This document shows positions 25,971 through 36,185 of a DNA stretch of 64,000 nt, piece after piece; within the stretch, counting starts at the first letter, position 1, and each line of letters starts with the position of its first letter. Source of the stretch: a virus. Where the stretch lies: IMG/VR virus record IMGVR_UViG_3300014350_000112, positions 721-64,720 of that record; one strand, written 5' to 3'. The notes under the pieces were generated by a model. That model worked only from the letters and a program-made list of their open reading frames with translations, was not told the origin of the DNA and made no database searches. The position numbers were made by a program, and so were the translations under genes.

Positions 25971-27885
25971 GAAAAAAGTTAAATTAAATTCAGATGAAGT
26001 AGCTATAAGGGGTTTAATTAGAAAAGATTTTTATAAAAAGGCAGTCCGTAATACTGAACGAGCGTATACTCTTACGTCTTCTTCTTTAAAAGTGCCTTAT
26101 AGACAATCTTTTGGTTTATTAATTTTTGATTTTTTGTCCGGTGGTGGTATTATTCCGGGAACTATGGTTCAAATATCAGGCAAGGAAGGAAGCGGAAAAA
26201 GCACTCTTTCGGGACACGCGTTTGGGGAAGCTTTAAAAGTAAAATTACCTATTATTGAATACCGTGACCCTGAAAATGCCCTTACTGAATCAATGTTACA
26301 ACATATTGTAAGAGCAAAAGATTTAAATACCCTTTTTGGAGGAGATGATCCTCAAGCTTATTATTATACAGATCAAGGATTAGAGGTATTTTATAATTCT
26401 GTAAAGCATACACTAAAACAACTTCCCGATAAGTTGTGGCATAACGAAGAACGTAAATGGTATTACGTTTTCGATCAAGATAAAGTCGGGCGACAAATGT
26501 TTAGTGATGCCGGATTTACTTCATATGATAAGAAAAAATTTCAAGAAACAAAAAGATTATGGGTAGAAACTAACAATTCTTATCCCCAAGGAATCATCTT
26601 TCTAGATTCTTACCCCGCCTTGCTTGCAGAAAAAGATGATGAAGATGATGATACTTCTGCGGCTATGGCATTAGATGCTAGAGCTTTTTCAAAAAATATT
26701 AAACGTATTGTAGGCCGTTTAAAAAGAAAAGGTTTTATTGTATTAGGCGTCAATCAAATCAGAGATCGTCCGGGTCAAATGCACGGCTGTTTGCATAGTG
26801 ATACGTCTATTCCTTTTGTTAATGGTAATACTTATACAATTAGCGAAATTGTAGAAAACAAAATAAAAGGTGAGGTATGGGCTTGGGATGAAAATAAAGA
26901 AGAATTTGTCGCTGCCACAATTGTTAATTGGTTTAACAACGGCAATGTAAGAAAAGAGTCCGACTGGATTACTATTTCGTCAAATGAAGCCGTTTTTAGT
27001 AAAAACGGAGTCGTGTCTGTAACAGTTACACCAGACCATAAAATTTTAACTCATGCTGGCTGGAAAAAAGCGAAAAACATTACTACAAATGATATGATTC
27101 TGACTAAGGAAACGACAATAGAGAAATGGGTTGCTGTCACGTCCATTACGCGCGGTTCAGGTCGCAAATTCCGTAAAAAAGAGAAGTTTGATATTGAAGT
27201 GAAAGGCTTTCACAATTATTTGGCTGGTAATAAGAACAACGGATTTGTTGTTCATAATAGTCCCGAATATGAACCCGGAGGAAACGCATTAGCCTTTTAT
27301 TCTGGTCTGCGCTTTCAAGTAAGAAAAGTATCTGTTCCTCAAGGTATGCCTAGAGGCAAAACAGAAGATGGGACAGATAGCGGAGAATTTTCTACTGAAA
27401 GTTCTATCTATGGTAAAAATAGAACAGATAATTATATTTATATAAACGTGCGTAATACTAAAAATAAGGGTGGCACTCCGTATGGACGCGCAAAAATGCG
27501 TATCTTATATAGCGATGGTAAACGCCGTATGTTAGGTTATGATCCTGTTTGGGATACTATGGAATATCTTAAATTAACTGGTCGTATTAATGGGACTTTT
27601 AAAAAAGGTTTTACAATTAATGTTCCTGAAATGGATAAATTTTTAAAAGGGTTTACAAAGAAAAAATTTGAATATTTAGATTTTAAACTTCTTATAATGG
27701 CAGAGGTTCTTAAAGAGTCTAAATTATTAGAACGCGTGCGTAAAGAGTTAAAAATAAAAAAGCCGTGTTTACGTAGTATTTTATTTAAAGAAATTCGTAA
27801 CAAAAATAAGATGATGGATTTGTTAGATAAACATCAGGATAATAAAGCAATTAAGACCGATGACGAAGAAGATTTAGAAGCATAG
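25963..27885 (+). CDS. recA: RecA/UvsX-like recombinase with intein
   Basis: Walker A GKEGSGKS, Walker B IFLDS, VNQIRD, PGGNALAFY, VRNTKNK; start ATG 25963 (GAGGA RBS). Confidence 0.92.
   Translation: MTKKKVKLNSDEVAIRGLIRKDFYKKAVRNTERAYTLTSSSLKVPYRQSFGLLIFDFLSGGGIIPGTMVQISGKEGSGKSTLSGHAFGEALKVKLPIIEYRDPENALTESMLQHIVRAKDLNTLFGGDDPQAYYYTDQGLEVFYNSVKHTLKQLPDKLWHNEERKWYYVFDQDKVGRQMFSDAGFTSYDKKKFQETKRLWVETNNSYPQGIIFLDSYPALLAEKDDEDDDTSAAMALDARAFSKNIKRIVGRLKRKGFIVLGVNQIRDRPGQMHGCLHSDTSIPFVNGNTYTISEIVENKIKGEVWAWDENKEEFVAATIVNWFNNGNVRKESDWITISSNEAVFSKNGVVSVTVTPDHKILTHAGWKKAKNITTNDMILTKETTIEKWVAVTSITRGSGRKFRKKEKFDIEVKGFHNYLAGNKNNGFVVHNSPEYEPGGNALAFYSGLRFQVRKVSVPQGMPRGKTEDGTDSGEFSTESSIYGKNRTDNYIYINVRNTKNKGGTPYGRAKMRILYSDGKRRMLGYDPVWDTMEYLKLTGRINGTFKKGFTINVPEMDKFLKGFTKKKFEYLDFKLLIMAEVLKESKLLERVRKELKIKKPCLRSILFKEIRNKNKMMDLLDKHQDNKAIKTDDEEDLEA
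26788..27258 (+). mobile_element. Mini-intein (157 aa, no homing endonuclease) in RecA
   Basis: GQMHG|CLHSDT...TPDHKIL...FDIEV...HNY...VVHN|SPEYEPGG: Cys1, TxxH block B, terminal His-Asn, Ser+1. Confidence 0.93.
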
Positions 27886-27898
27886 AAAGTATGAGTAA

Positions 27899-28507
27899 AT
27901 GACTAAAGAAAACTGGAAATGGCTTTACGATAATTTAAAAAAAGAATTTGATGAACTACAAGAAAAATATTATCAATTAAAAACTTTAGTTAAGAACATT
28001 GAAAAAGAAGCTAATGCGGTGCAAATTCAAACACCGCATTTAACCCCAATTGAAAAGATCATTATTCTTAAATTTTTATTTTCAACTTCTGGATTACACG
28101 GAAAGCGTATTTGTAATATTATACAAGCTTATAATTCTGATAGACATTATGATAGAAAAGATGAAGTAAATATCTCTATGTTAACCAAAGTGTATATAAG
28201 TAAGATAAGAACAAAGCTTTATAGTTTTGATATATACATATTAAGTAAACCGGGTAATTCAAATTTTTATTTCATGGACCCATTTGATAAGATTAAACTT
28301 TTAAAATTGAATGGTTATGACCCTAAAGAAATATTAAATTTAGACCCTGAAACTATAACTAAGTATCAATATCCTTTGGTCTTTACTAAAAAAAATTCTT
28401 TGAGGGTAGAGTATGACGATATTAATAGGGAAGTATATAAAAAGACTCGTAATAAATCTAGATTTGTGGGTGAACAAGAACGTCCATTAAAGGATGTTCA
28501 AAAATGA
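27899..28507 (+). CDS. Coiled-coil plus OmpR/PhoB-type winged-helix regulator
   Basis: LTPIE..IL..L, KVYISKIRTKL, I.SKPG...F resembles the OmpR C-terminal domain; no receiver domain. Confidence 0.55.
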   Translation: MTKENWKWLYDNLKKEFDELQEKYYQLKTLVKNIEKEANAVQIQTPHLTPIEKIIILKFLFSTSGLHGKRICNIIQAYNSDRHYDRKDEVNISMLTKVYISKIRTKLYSFDIYILSKPGNSNFYFMDPFDKIKLLKLNGYDPKEILNLDPETITKYQYPLVFTKKNSLRVEYDDINREVYKKTRNKSRFVGEQERPLKDVQK

Positions 28508-29580
28508 AAGCTATTTTTGTAGGTGATCTTCATTTGGGTAGTTTGAATAAATATTTTCCTAATCATCCGAACCCTGATGATTTTATTTATGAGGCACTTG
28601 AAAAAGTTTTTTCTTACGCTAGAGAAGAAAACATTAAACACATTATTTATTTAGGAGATATTTTCGATAACCCACTACCTTTACCTACGAGCGTAATTCG
28701 TTTTACTAAATTTAATCTTAAAAACTTATCTAAGTGGAAAGATCTAAATTTGTATCTTATACCCGGTAATCATGATTATGAAAAACAAGGAGATACATCT
28801 TTACGCATACCTATGTATATTAAAAGTCTTGGAGTTATGGATAGATTTCATATTTTTTCACAACCAAGCAAAATTAAGGTAGAAAAAATTCCTTTTCAGT
28901 TTCTACCTTGGCCTTTTCATAAAAGATTAGAAGGTTCTGCTTCTGTTATTGTAGCTCATATTACATTAAATGGGCATGTAATGAACTCTGGTTATAAAGC
29001 TAAAAATAAGATTGAAGTAGAAGTAGGTAAAGATGTTTGGGTTGTTGGCGATATTCATGAACGTTGTAAAGTAAAAAAAGGCTTTTATCATCCCGGAACG
29101 TTATATCAAACACGTTCAGATGAAAAGCTCCCTAAAGGTTTTACTATTATGACCGCTAGTAAATTAAAATCAGGAAAATTGAAAACTAATTTTAAATTTA
29201 TGCCTATTGACCCTCCGCATAGATTAGAAACGAAAATAATTGAAGTTAAAGAAGATTTTGACAATTTAACTAATCAGCCCAATATAGCTTACAAACTTTT
29301 TATATCCGAAGGAATACGTATTCCTTCGGATTTACGAAGTCGCTTTCCTAATATATGGAAAATTGAAGGCTATAAATCTAAGGAAGATTTAAAAAAAGTT
29401 CAAAATACTCCTAAATGGTTGGAGAAATTTTTCCAGAACGAAACTGATTCTGTAAAAGGTAAATCTTTGTTAACTGGTTTAGGCCCATGGTTAAAATCAA
29501 AAGGATTAAAAGCTAAACAAATAAAAATAGCTAAAAAAATAATGAAAAAAGAAATTCAGCCCCTTTTATCCGATGGCTAA
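28504..29580 (+). CDS. sbcD: SbcD/Mre11-like nuclease
   Basis: GDLHLG, LGDIFD, PGNHD, VAH, GDIH, PGT.YQ. Confidence 0.9.
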   Translation: MKAIFVGDLHLGSLNKYFPNHPNPDDFIYEALEKVFSYAREENIKHIIYLGDIFDNPLPLPTSVIRFTKFNLKNLSKWKDLNLYLIPGNHDYEKQGDTSLRIPMYIKSLGVMDRFHIFSQPSKIKVEKIPFQFLPWPFHKRLEGSASVIVAHITLNGHVMNSGYKAKNKIEVEVGKDVWVVGDIHERCKVKKGFYHPGTLYQTRSDEKLPKGFTIMTASKLKSGKLKTNFKFMPIDPPHRLETKIIEVKEDFDNLTNQPNIAYKLFISEGIRIPSDLRSRFPNIWKIEGYKSKEDLKKVQNTPKWLEKFFQNETDSVKGKSLLTGLGPWLKSKGLKAKQIKIAKKIMKKEIQPLLSDG

Positions 29581-30547
29581 TCCTTTTGTGATAGAACGGG
29601 AGTTAAAAAAACTTCCCGCAAGATTTGGTTTACAGCGTGTCGGTAATGATTTTAAAATCAGATGCCCGGATCATGCCGGAGGCAATGAGCGCACGCCTTC
29701 TTTTATAATTAATGGAACTAATTCTTCAAAATTTCCAATAGGGTCTGGTCACTGTTTTGCTTGTGGGGCTTCCTACCCTTCATGGAAAGCAACTTTATCC
29801 AGACTGTATGGTGGTGAAAAATCTACATTATCTAATGCAGATGTTATGGATCTTTCGTTTTATGATTTTACAAAAGATCTTGAACAGATCTTTTTATCTG
29901 AAAACATAGATATTAAAGAAATTCAGCCGGAATTAAAAGCTACCCGTCCTTGGGACGATAAAAATTGGCGCTCTATACCAAGCGAAACAATGAAAGCCGT
30001 TGGAGCGCGTCTTACATTTAATCCAAAATACGGTGAACGTGCTTTTATACCTTGCTATGTTCATAAAAAACTCGTAGGCGGTATATTTGCTAATCTTAAA
30101 AAGAATGGTAAAAGAAATTATTTTAATACCAAAGGAGATTGGGTAAATACTATATTAGTTTTTTATGACTATGTTAGAAAAAATTTTAAAGGACTAAATA
30201 CTATTGTTTTAGTTGAAGGTCCGCGTGATGCTTTACGCTTATTATCATGGGGGATACCAGCATTAGCTCTATTAGGAACAGCCCACGCAAAAAATGAATA
30301 TAAGTATGATCTTTTATCAAATTTTGATAATTTAGAAAATATTATTTTAGCCTTTGACGGTGACGAAGCTGGACGCATGGCTACAAAAGAAGCTTATAGA
30401 CATTTAAAAGATGAGTATAACGTAATAACTTTTAAAGTTGGAGATAATCAAGATATTTGTAGCATAAAAGAAAAGAAAATTAGTAAATTAAAAAAGCATA
30501 TTAAAGTTAAAATGAAAGGCCGCTTACTCAAAAGAGTAGCGGCCTGA
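29573..30547 (+). CDS. dnaG: DnaG-type primase
   Basis: Zn ribbon CPDH...ERTPSF...CFAC; Toprim VEGPRD, FDGDEAG. Confidence 0.9.
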   Translation: MANPFVIERELKKLPARFGLQRVGNDFKIRCPDHAGGNERTPSFIINGTNSSKFPIGSGHCFACGASYPSWKATLSRLYGGEKSTLSNADVMDLSFYDFTKDLEQIFLSENIDIKEIQPELKATRPWDDKNWRSIPSETMKAVGARLTFNPKYGERAFIPCYVHKKLVGGIFANLKKNGKRNYFNTKGDWVNTILVFYDYVRKNFKGLNTIVLVEGPRDALRLLSWGIPALALLGTAHAKNEYKYDLLSNFDNLENIILAFDGDEAGRMATKEAYRHLKDEYNVITFKVGDNQDICSIKEKKISKLKKHIKVKMKGRLLKRVAA

Positions 30548-30571
30548 CATAATTTAAAAGTGTTATATTAT

Positions 30572-31207
30572 TTAAATGACGGGGGTTTCAACTCCCTCTA
30601 AACCTTCAGAGGAAAATCTACGTAGCACGTCTGAAGTTGAGTTAGCGAGAATATACTTATAATCTTCTTCTGTAATTTGTTCAGAAATAACTCGCAGACG
30701 GCTAACTTTTTCCCTGTCATTAATTCCATCATCACCAATGATAGCGATGACCGCCGCTGTAATATTAGTGGTGTTTTCTTTATTCTGGCCCGGAATAAAG
30801 CTATTGCTATCTTCTCCATTAGCTACTCTGATAGCTTCATCCCTAATAATACTATTTACTTCTAAAAGCTGTTCTGCCACACCGGGTTTAAACACAAGAA
30901 CCTTTTGTGTATTAACAAGGCTTGCAAAATATTGAGAATTGACAATAGACCCAACATCAATTACGGATGAAAGATCAAAAGGTGCGTATGTTAAAGGAAT
31001 AGTAACTGGTCTTTGTTCTCCAGAGTTACTATCGGTTACGGGCAAGGTAATAATCCCCCGCGCTCGTCTTCCTCCCATATCAATATTATTTAAAACATAA
31101 AGAACAGGCAGCTTTTTTTCGTCATATAAACGACGAATAGTAGATAAATTTAAAAACGGGTTTGAATCAATTTTACCGAGTAACTCAAGAACTTTTTCAA
31201 TTTTCAT
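30572..31207 (-). CDS. Hypothetical protein, 211 aa
   Basis: AGGAGA RBS. Confidence 0.75.
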   Translation of the reverse strand: MKIEKVLELLGKIDSNPFLNLSTIRRLYDEKKLPVLYVLNNIDMGGRRARGIITLPVTDSNSGEQRPVTIPLTYAPFDLSSVIDVGSIVNSQYFASLVNTQKVLVFKPGVAEQLLEVNSIIRDEAIRVANGEDSNSFIPGQNKENTTNITAAVIAIIGDDGINDREKVSRLRVISEQITEEDYKYILANSTSDVLRRFSSEGLEGVETPVI

Positions 31208-31836
31208 TTTTTACTCTCCTGTAAATTACGGGCCACCCCCGCAAGTTTCTTTAATCTAATAAGCGTAGAACGTTTAACGCCTATTAGGCGATGAAGTGGA
31301 GTAGAAGTTTTCTCCACTAATCTCAAGTTGTTCATTTTTGAACTATATAAAGCTAAACCAAAATTAAAAAGTTTTTCTTTATTCAATTCTAGTGTTTTCA
31401 ATTTAAAAGGAAATTTATTTAAGTTGCGTTCTGCAAAACGTCTTCTTTTATTACATTTTTTTATGTTTAAACAATTGCCATGACTAGCTTTTTGAATACC
31501 GCATTTTGGGCAAGTAGGATATTTTAATGTTGGCAATTCATCAAGTAAAGAGGCTAAAAATAAAGCCTTTCTTATTCGTAATCTTCCTATTTTAGCAGAA
31601 TCATTAGCTATTTTTACTGTAGTTTTAAATAAAAAGCTTAGAGCAAATTTATCTAGTCTTGTTCCGTTATGAACATTCATATAAGCACAGCCGCCATTTT
31701 CTTTTCTAATATGTGAAATATTTGCGGGACAACGACGTATAGGACAAACATTAGTAAAGGATTCAAAGGAAGTTGGGCAAGAATAAACTTTTTTAGAATT
31801 TACATTAATAATAGGTTCTGAAGTAAGTATAGTCAT
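31204..31836 (-). CDS. Cys-rich, probably Zn-binding hypothetical protein
   Basis: CP...CPIRRC...C and CPKC...C..C clusters; CGGTAAA 41 nt upstream. Confidence 0.7.
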   Translation of the reverse strand: MTILTSEPIINVNSKKVYSCPTSFESFTNVCPIRRCPANISHIRKENGGCAYMNVHNGTRLDKFALSFLFKTTVKIANDSAKIGRLRIRKALFLASLLDELPTLKYPTCPKCGIQKASHGNCLNIKKCNKRRRFAERNLNKFPFKLKTLELNKEKLFNFGLALYSSKMNNLRLVEKTSTPLHRLIGVKRSTLIRLKKLAGVARNLQESKK

Positions 31837-31851
31837 AATGAACCTTTGTTT

Positions 31852-32385
31852 TTAACTGAAATGTCTCTCTAATTGTTTTACCGCTTTTTTATAAGACAAT
31901 GAATTAAAATTTCCTTTAGCTATATAATAAGACATAAATATGGCATCAATTCTATGTATGTGTTTTTTGAAAAGTTTATAAATATCCGGTAATTTTTTGT
32001 TAATAACTCTGTTCAACGAGTTTTTCCATGCACTAGGAACCACTAAAGTAAATTTTATACCTAAACTTTTAGCAGTAGCCGCCATTACTCCTAACATTAT
32101 ACCAATCTTTTCAATCAAGTTACCCATAAAACCACGGGTTAAAAATCGTTCTGCTATTATCTCTTTAGGACGATATTTTACTAAAAGTCTTTGAAATTCT
32201 TTTGTAAATTTTTGAAGTTGAATATCAAAACTTTTTGTTAAGTCGTTAATTGGGTTTAAAAACATTCCAGAAGAGTGTATAAAATTTTTCTTCTTTTTAT
32301 ATACTGCCCATGCTAAGTTTTTAGCCCCCATGTCAAATCCCATATAACGACCGTTAATTGGATTAATCTTACTAATTTTAAGCAT
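31852..32385 (-). CDS. ruvC: RuvC-like Holliday junction resolvase
   Basis: MGFDMG.KNLA, IIAERF, WK, IDAI acidic tetrad; start re-set to ATG 32385 (GAAGGGGG RBS). Confidence 0.82.
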   Translation of the reverse strand: MLKISKINPINGRYMGFDMGAKNLAWAVYKKKKNFIHSSGMFLNPINDLTKSFDIQLQKFTKEFQRLLVKYRPKEIIAERFLTRGFMGNLIEKIGIMLGVMAATAKSLGIKFTLVVPSAWKNSLNRVINKKLPDIYKLFKKHIHRIDAIFMSYYIAKGNFNSLSYKKAVKQLERHFS

Positions 32386-32486
32386 AAACACCCCCTTCAA
32401 TATTACTATCAATCCTGTATTGACCCCACACTTATAATTACACAAATTTAGCACCCCCTTAACAAAAATCTTTAGGTAATAAACAA

Positions 32487-35360
32487 ATGCGAATTGGCAA
32501 TCCGTTCCGTGGTATTCAAACGCAAGGCCCTAAAAATTACGGGCGCGCAGAAAATGAATTGCCTTTTGTTCAAGATGCTCTGGATGCTACTGTAAACCGT
32601 GCTAATCGTCAATATATAGAAGCTTTTAAAGTAGATGGCGTGCGTTACCTTCATTGGGGACGTGCTATGGAAGGTTATGTTTGCACTTGTAAAGCCGTAA
32701 AGCCGGAACAAGCGGACGGCACTGGTGTAAATTCAAGTGGACTTTCTAATAGCGATGATCCTTCATATTCTCCTTCTATATCCGACCCTTGGGATGCACT
32801 TACTGTTAGGGGTGTAAAAAGTTCTAGACATTCTAGGGACGATGGAATTTATGTAAACGAAGATGATTCATATTCTTCAGGAAAAGTTCGTGACGCAGAA
32901 GTTGATGAAGCGGCTTATACTATTGATTTTAATGATGAAGATTTTGGTCCCGTAGATTTAAGCGATAATACTTATACACAAAATATTCTTGATCTTTTAG
33001 GTAAGCCGTTATCTAGCGGCGAGATTCAATGTGGTATTTGTTTAGATACGGGATATGTAAACGGTTATCGTCTTACAGGCGGAGATAGAATTATATTTGA
33101 TGCGTCTGGTCAAGTTCCTGTTTATTCAGTGACCGGTTTTTCTATTGATAAACTTAAATCGCCAAATGTGTTTACTTTATCAAGCGCCATGTCAGGCGCT
33201 TACGTGCAATGGCTATGGGAAGTTCCCACACACTTTAAAAAAGCTTTATCTGTTTCCGTTAGAAATAATCAAAACCCTGCTAAGAACGTTCGTTTAGAAT
33301 ATAAACCATTTCAAGAAACACAAGATTTATGGAAAGAACTTACAGTTGAAGTTCTTAATTCGTTTAAAGGTTTACCTACGAAACTTATTTTACGCGTATA
33401 TGCTACGGCAAATGATTTGAGTGCTACTGTTGCATTTACTCATGTTGAGATAACACTCCAGTATAAAGACTGGAATAAGATGCAGATGCCGCCATTATCT
33501 GAAAACGGTAATCTTGCTATATTTGAAACTCCTACAAGTATGTCGGTTGTTCTCCCGCCTTCTCATCAAAATATTAAGCCTTTAGATTATATTTTAGATT
33601 TGAAATATGATAGATTATGGAGAGTATTAGACGTTACTGATGCTAAAACATCTAAACAACAAATTTTAGGCTGGCAAGTAAATTTAAGACTTATTTTGAA
33701 TCACGAAACGGCTCATGTTTTACGTGTAGCGTATGATCCTGAATTTGGATTGTCTTTTGCTACTATGCAGCCGCATCAAGAAAAGACGTTTACTAAAAAC
33801 GATGTAATGACATATGTTGACAAACTAGTAGGTATTCAGGAAAAAGCGCGCTTGCTAATACGTTCTTTGGTTTTGAATCCGCAAACTGGAGAATTTAGTA
33901 TAGGAACTTCAAAAGTAAAACGTAATAACATTTTCGATAACGTAAACGAAGATGGTCTAACTTATTTAGAAGCTGCTGTTTATCATTTTAAACGAAATTA
34001 TCCAAACTTAACTTGGGTATGGTTAGAGCCTTCTTGGTTTGGAACAGATTTACGTGCAGGATCATGTCAAATTCTTCCAAAGGTTAAAAATACTGTAGAT
34101 ACAACTGCACCTTATTCTTGGGTAGTAAATAATTTATCTCGTTCTGATGTTTCTGCCATATCCTCTTTTAATTCTAAGCCAGCATATGATGGAACATTTA
34201 GTGATAAATCTTTTGTAGAAGCTATAAATTATTTAAAAGCAAATGGTTATAAGGTTGGAATAAAACCTAAAATATTAATGGACATAACAGATGCACAAGC
34301 ATTACCTGCTATAGGCGGAGGGGTTCAACCGAGATACCCTAATGCTAATAACATAAATTACGACGGGGATGTAAATAAGGTTGTTAACGTAAATACGTTT
34401 TTTGGAACTCATGTAATTCCTGATTTTACGGCGGATGAATTAGAGTTGACGACTATTTCTAATAAAGTTGGATTTACTTATTCCCGTTTCATTATTCATT
34501 ATATTTTGTTATCGAATATTGCTGGTGGTGTAGATGCTTTTATTATAGGATCGGATCTTCGTAATTTAACAATCAATGTTCCTGAAGCAATAACACATTT
34601 ATTAACGTTAGCTCAAGCCGCGAAAGAAACCTTAAATTGTTTAGTATCTTATGAAGCATCTTCTTTTGAATATGGTGGACAAATTTCTGGTCAGGCATTA
34701 TCGTTTCCGTTAGATGCTTTATGGTCAAACGTGAATATTGATTTTGTAGCTATTAAGTTTGATTTAGAATGGACCGATTGGGCAACTGAAGGTTCTACCG
34801 ACCAACTTGCTTATACCTCATTATACGACCCAACTTATTTAAATGCCACCTTGAAAGGCGGCATACATTATGATTATTATTATTCTAGTGAACCTAACAG
34901 AACAAATGGTATACGCACACCCATTTCTGGAGATTGGCGTAAACGTAAAAAAGCCTTTTCTTCTTGGGTTTCAAATTCTCATATCACAATCGATGGTTCA
35001 GGAATTGATAGTGCAGCTACTTCTTGGGCGGCAATGTCTAAACCTATAGTATTTACAACTTTTTCAATACCAGCAATAGATAGAGGAACAAACGGTCCGT
35101 ATTCTTCTTCCATGTTACGTGCTGTTGATACCAAACCCTATTTCACTGATTCTAGTATAGATAATATGATTACAAAAGTTGGAGTATATACATTTCTTTT
35201 ATATTGGCTTGATAAAACTAATAATTTAATGAATACTTATAATGTGCCTGCTGTTAGATTTTCTATGAATTGTGCTGGTTATTTTAATATTCTTAATGGA
35301 AGTAAATTACCTACAGAATTTACTATTACAAATCGTGAATTGATTAATAATCAAATATAA
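32487..35360 (+). CDS. Virion protein: neck/head-closure-like N-terminus fused to a GTA baseplate (GTA_TIM) domain
   Basis: N-term CTC...CGICLDTGYVNGY; C-term WFGTDLRAGSC.I.PKV, PAYDGT.SD.S.VEAI..LK..G, GVDAFIIGSD, PLDALWS..NIDF, RTPI, SKPI.FT, AIDRGTN. Confidence 0.8.
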   Translation: MRIGNPFRGIQTQGPKNYGRAENELPFVQDALDATVNRANRQYIEAFKVDGVRYLHWGRAMEGYVCTCKAVKPEQADGTGVNSSGLSNSDDPSYSPSISDPWDALTVRGVKSSRHSRDDGIYVNEDDSYSSGKVRDAEVDEAAYTIDFNDEDFGPVDLSDNTYTQNILDLLGKPLSSGEIQCGICLDTGYVNGYRLTGGDRIIFDASGQVPVYSVTGFSIDKLKSPNVFTLSSAMSGAYVQWLWEVPTHFKKALSVSVRNNQNPAKNVRLEYKPFQETQDLWKELTVEVLNSFKGLPTKLILRVYATANDLSATVAFTHVEITLQYKDWNKMQMPPLSENGNLAIFETPTSMSVVLPPSHQNIKPLDYILDLKYDRLWRVLDVTDAKTSKQQILGWQVNLRLILNHETAHVLRVAYDPEFGLSFATMQPHQEKTFTKNDVMTYVDKLVGIQEKARLLIRSLVLNPQTGEFSIGTSKVKRNNIFDNVNEDGLTYLEAAVYHFKRNYPNLTWVWLEPSWFGTDLRAGSCQILPKVKNTVDTTAPYSWVVNNLSRSDVSAISSFNSKPAYDGTFSDKSFVEAINYLKANGYKVGIKPKILMDITDAQALPAIGGGVQPRYPNANNINYDGDVNKVVNVNTFFGTHVIPDFTADELELTTISNKVGFTYSRFIIHYILLSNIAGGVDAFIIGSDLRNLTINVPEAITHLLTLAQAAKETLNCLVSYEASSFEYGGQISGQALSFPLDALWSNVNIDFVAIKFDLEWTDWATEGSTDQLAYTSLYDPTYLNATLKGGIHYDYYYSSEPNRTNGIRTPISGDWRKRKKAFSSWVSNSHITIDGSGIDSAATSWAAMSKPIVFTTFSIPAIDRGTNGPYSSSMLRAVDTKPYFTDSSIDNMITKVGVYTFLLYWLDKTNNLMNTYNVPAVRFSMNCAGYFNILNGSKLPTEFTITNRELINNQI

Positions 35361-35517
35361 AAGCAAACTTAGTTTTTATATTTTTCGAAAGAGTCTAATT
35401 ATATATGAGAGCATAAAGCGCAAACTAAGTTTTGACTTTATTCTCTTAACTTGAACCCGAAGAATCCCGGCTAAAAGCTTTCGGTTTCTTCACCCCTTTA
35501 GAAAAGGAATAACTTAA

Positions 35518-36159
35518 ATGGCTCGTTTGCTTAAAGCAAAAGGCAAGAAGGCCGGGATGGGCGCTGCTAAATTTCCCGGTGGTAAGAAAAAAGCGGCTGG
35601 TAAAAAGGTTGCTAAATCTTCGGCTAAATCTGTAAAGACGACTAAGAAAGCTAAGGTCGTTGCAGCTAAAGGAAAAGGCCACAAGCGCCGTCCTGATCCG
35701 TCGAAGTGGGCGAAGCGTAAAAAGCCTTATGCGTGGCAGCTTGGTGAAGGTCAGATCAAGCAGCGTATTGCTAAATATCGTCAGAAGCACTCTTCGCTTA
35801 CTAAAGCGGCTCGCCCCGCCCTTCCTAAAGCTGTTAAAGCTTATGCCCGTAAATATTTTGCGGCTACTCGTAAATCGAGCAAGCTTCGCATGTATGATAA
35901 GGTGCGTGGTGCTTTTTATAGAAAGACTCTTAAAGATAAATACGGCACAACTAATACGTCGTTTTACGCGAAGGGTTTTAAAGCTGGCCGCCGCCCCCGT
36001 AAGGGTTCTCGCACCCGTGTTTATAAAAAGACTTCTGGAAAGCGCGGTCGTCCCGCCGGTAAGAAGACTGCGGCTAAAAAAGCGCCGGCTAAACGTGGCC
36101 GTCCCGCTAAGAAGACTGTTGCCAAACGTGGCCGTGGCCGCCCCGCTAAAAAGAAGTAA
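35518..36159 (+). CDS. Histone H1-like/HMGA-like basic DNA-binding protein with three AT-hooks
   Basis: Very K/R/A-rich; KRGRP, KRGRP, KRGRGRP at C-terminus; AAGGAA RBS; own terminator. Confidence 0.82.
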   Translation: MARLLKAKGKKAGMGAAKFPGGKKKAAGKKVAKSSAKSVKTTKKAKVVAAKGKGHKRRPDPSKWAKRKKPYAWQLGEGQIKQRIAKYRQKHSSLTKAARPALPKAVKAYARKYFAATRKSSKLRMYDKVRGAFYRKTLKDKYGTTNTSFYAKGFKAGRRPRKGSRTRVYKKTSGKRGRPAGKKTAAKKAPAKRGRPAKKTVAKRGRGRPAKKK

Positions 36160-36185
36160 TTTTAGCTTGGGATACTAAATTTGTT

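Noticed and set aside
5106-29580. SbcC and SbcD separated by 21 kb on opposite strands
   Set aside because: Split arrangements occur in large phages; both genes look intact, so there is no evidence of anything beyond rearrangement.
35660-36178. Overlapping 172-aa plus-strand ORF within the H1-like gene
   Set aside because: Alternative-frame shadow of a low-complexity GC-rich gene; no RBS and no recognisable motif.
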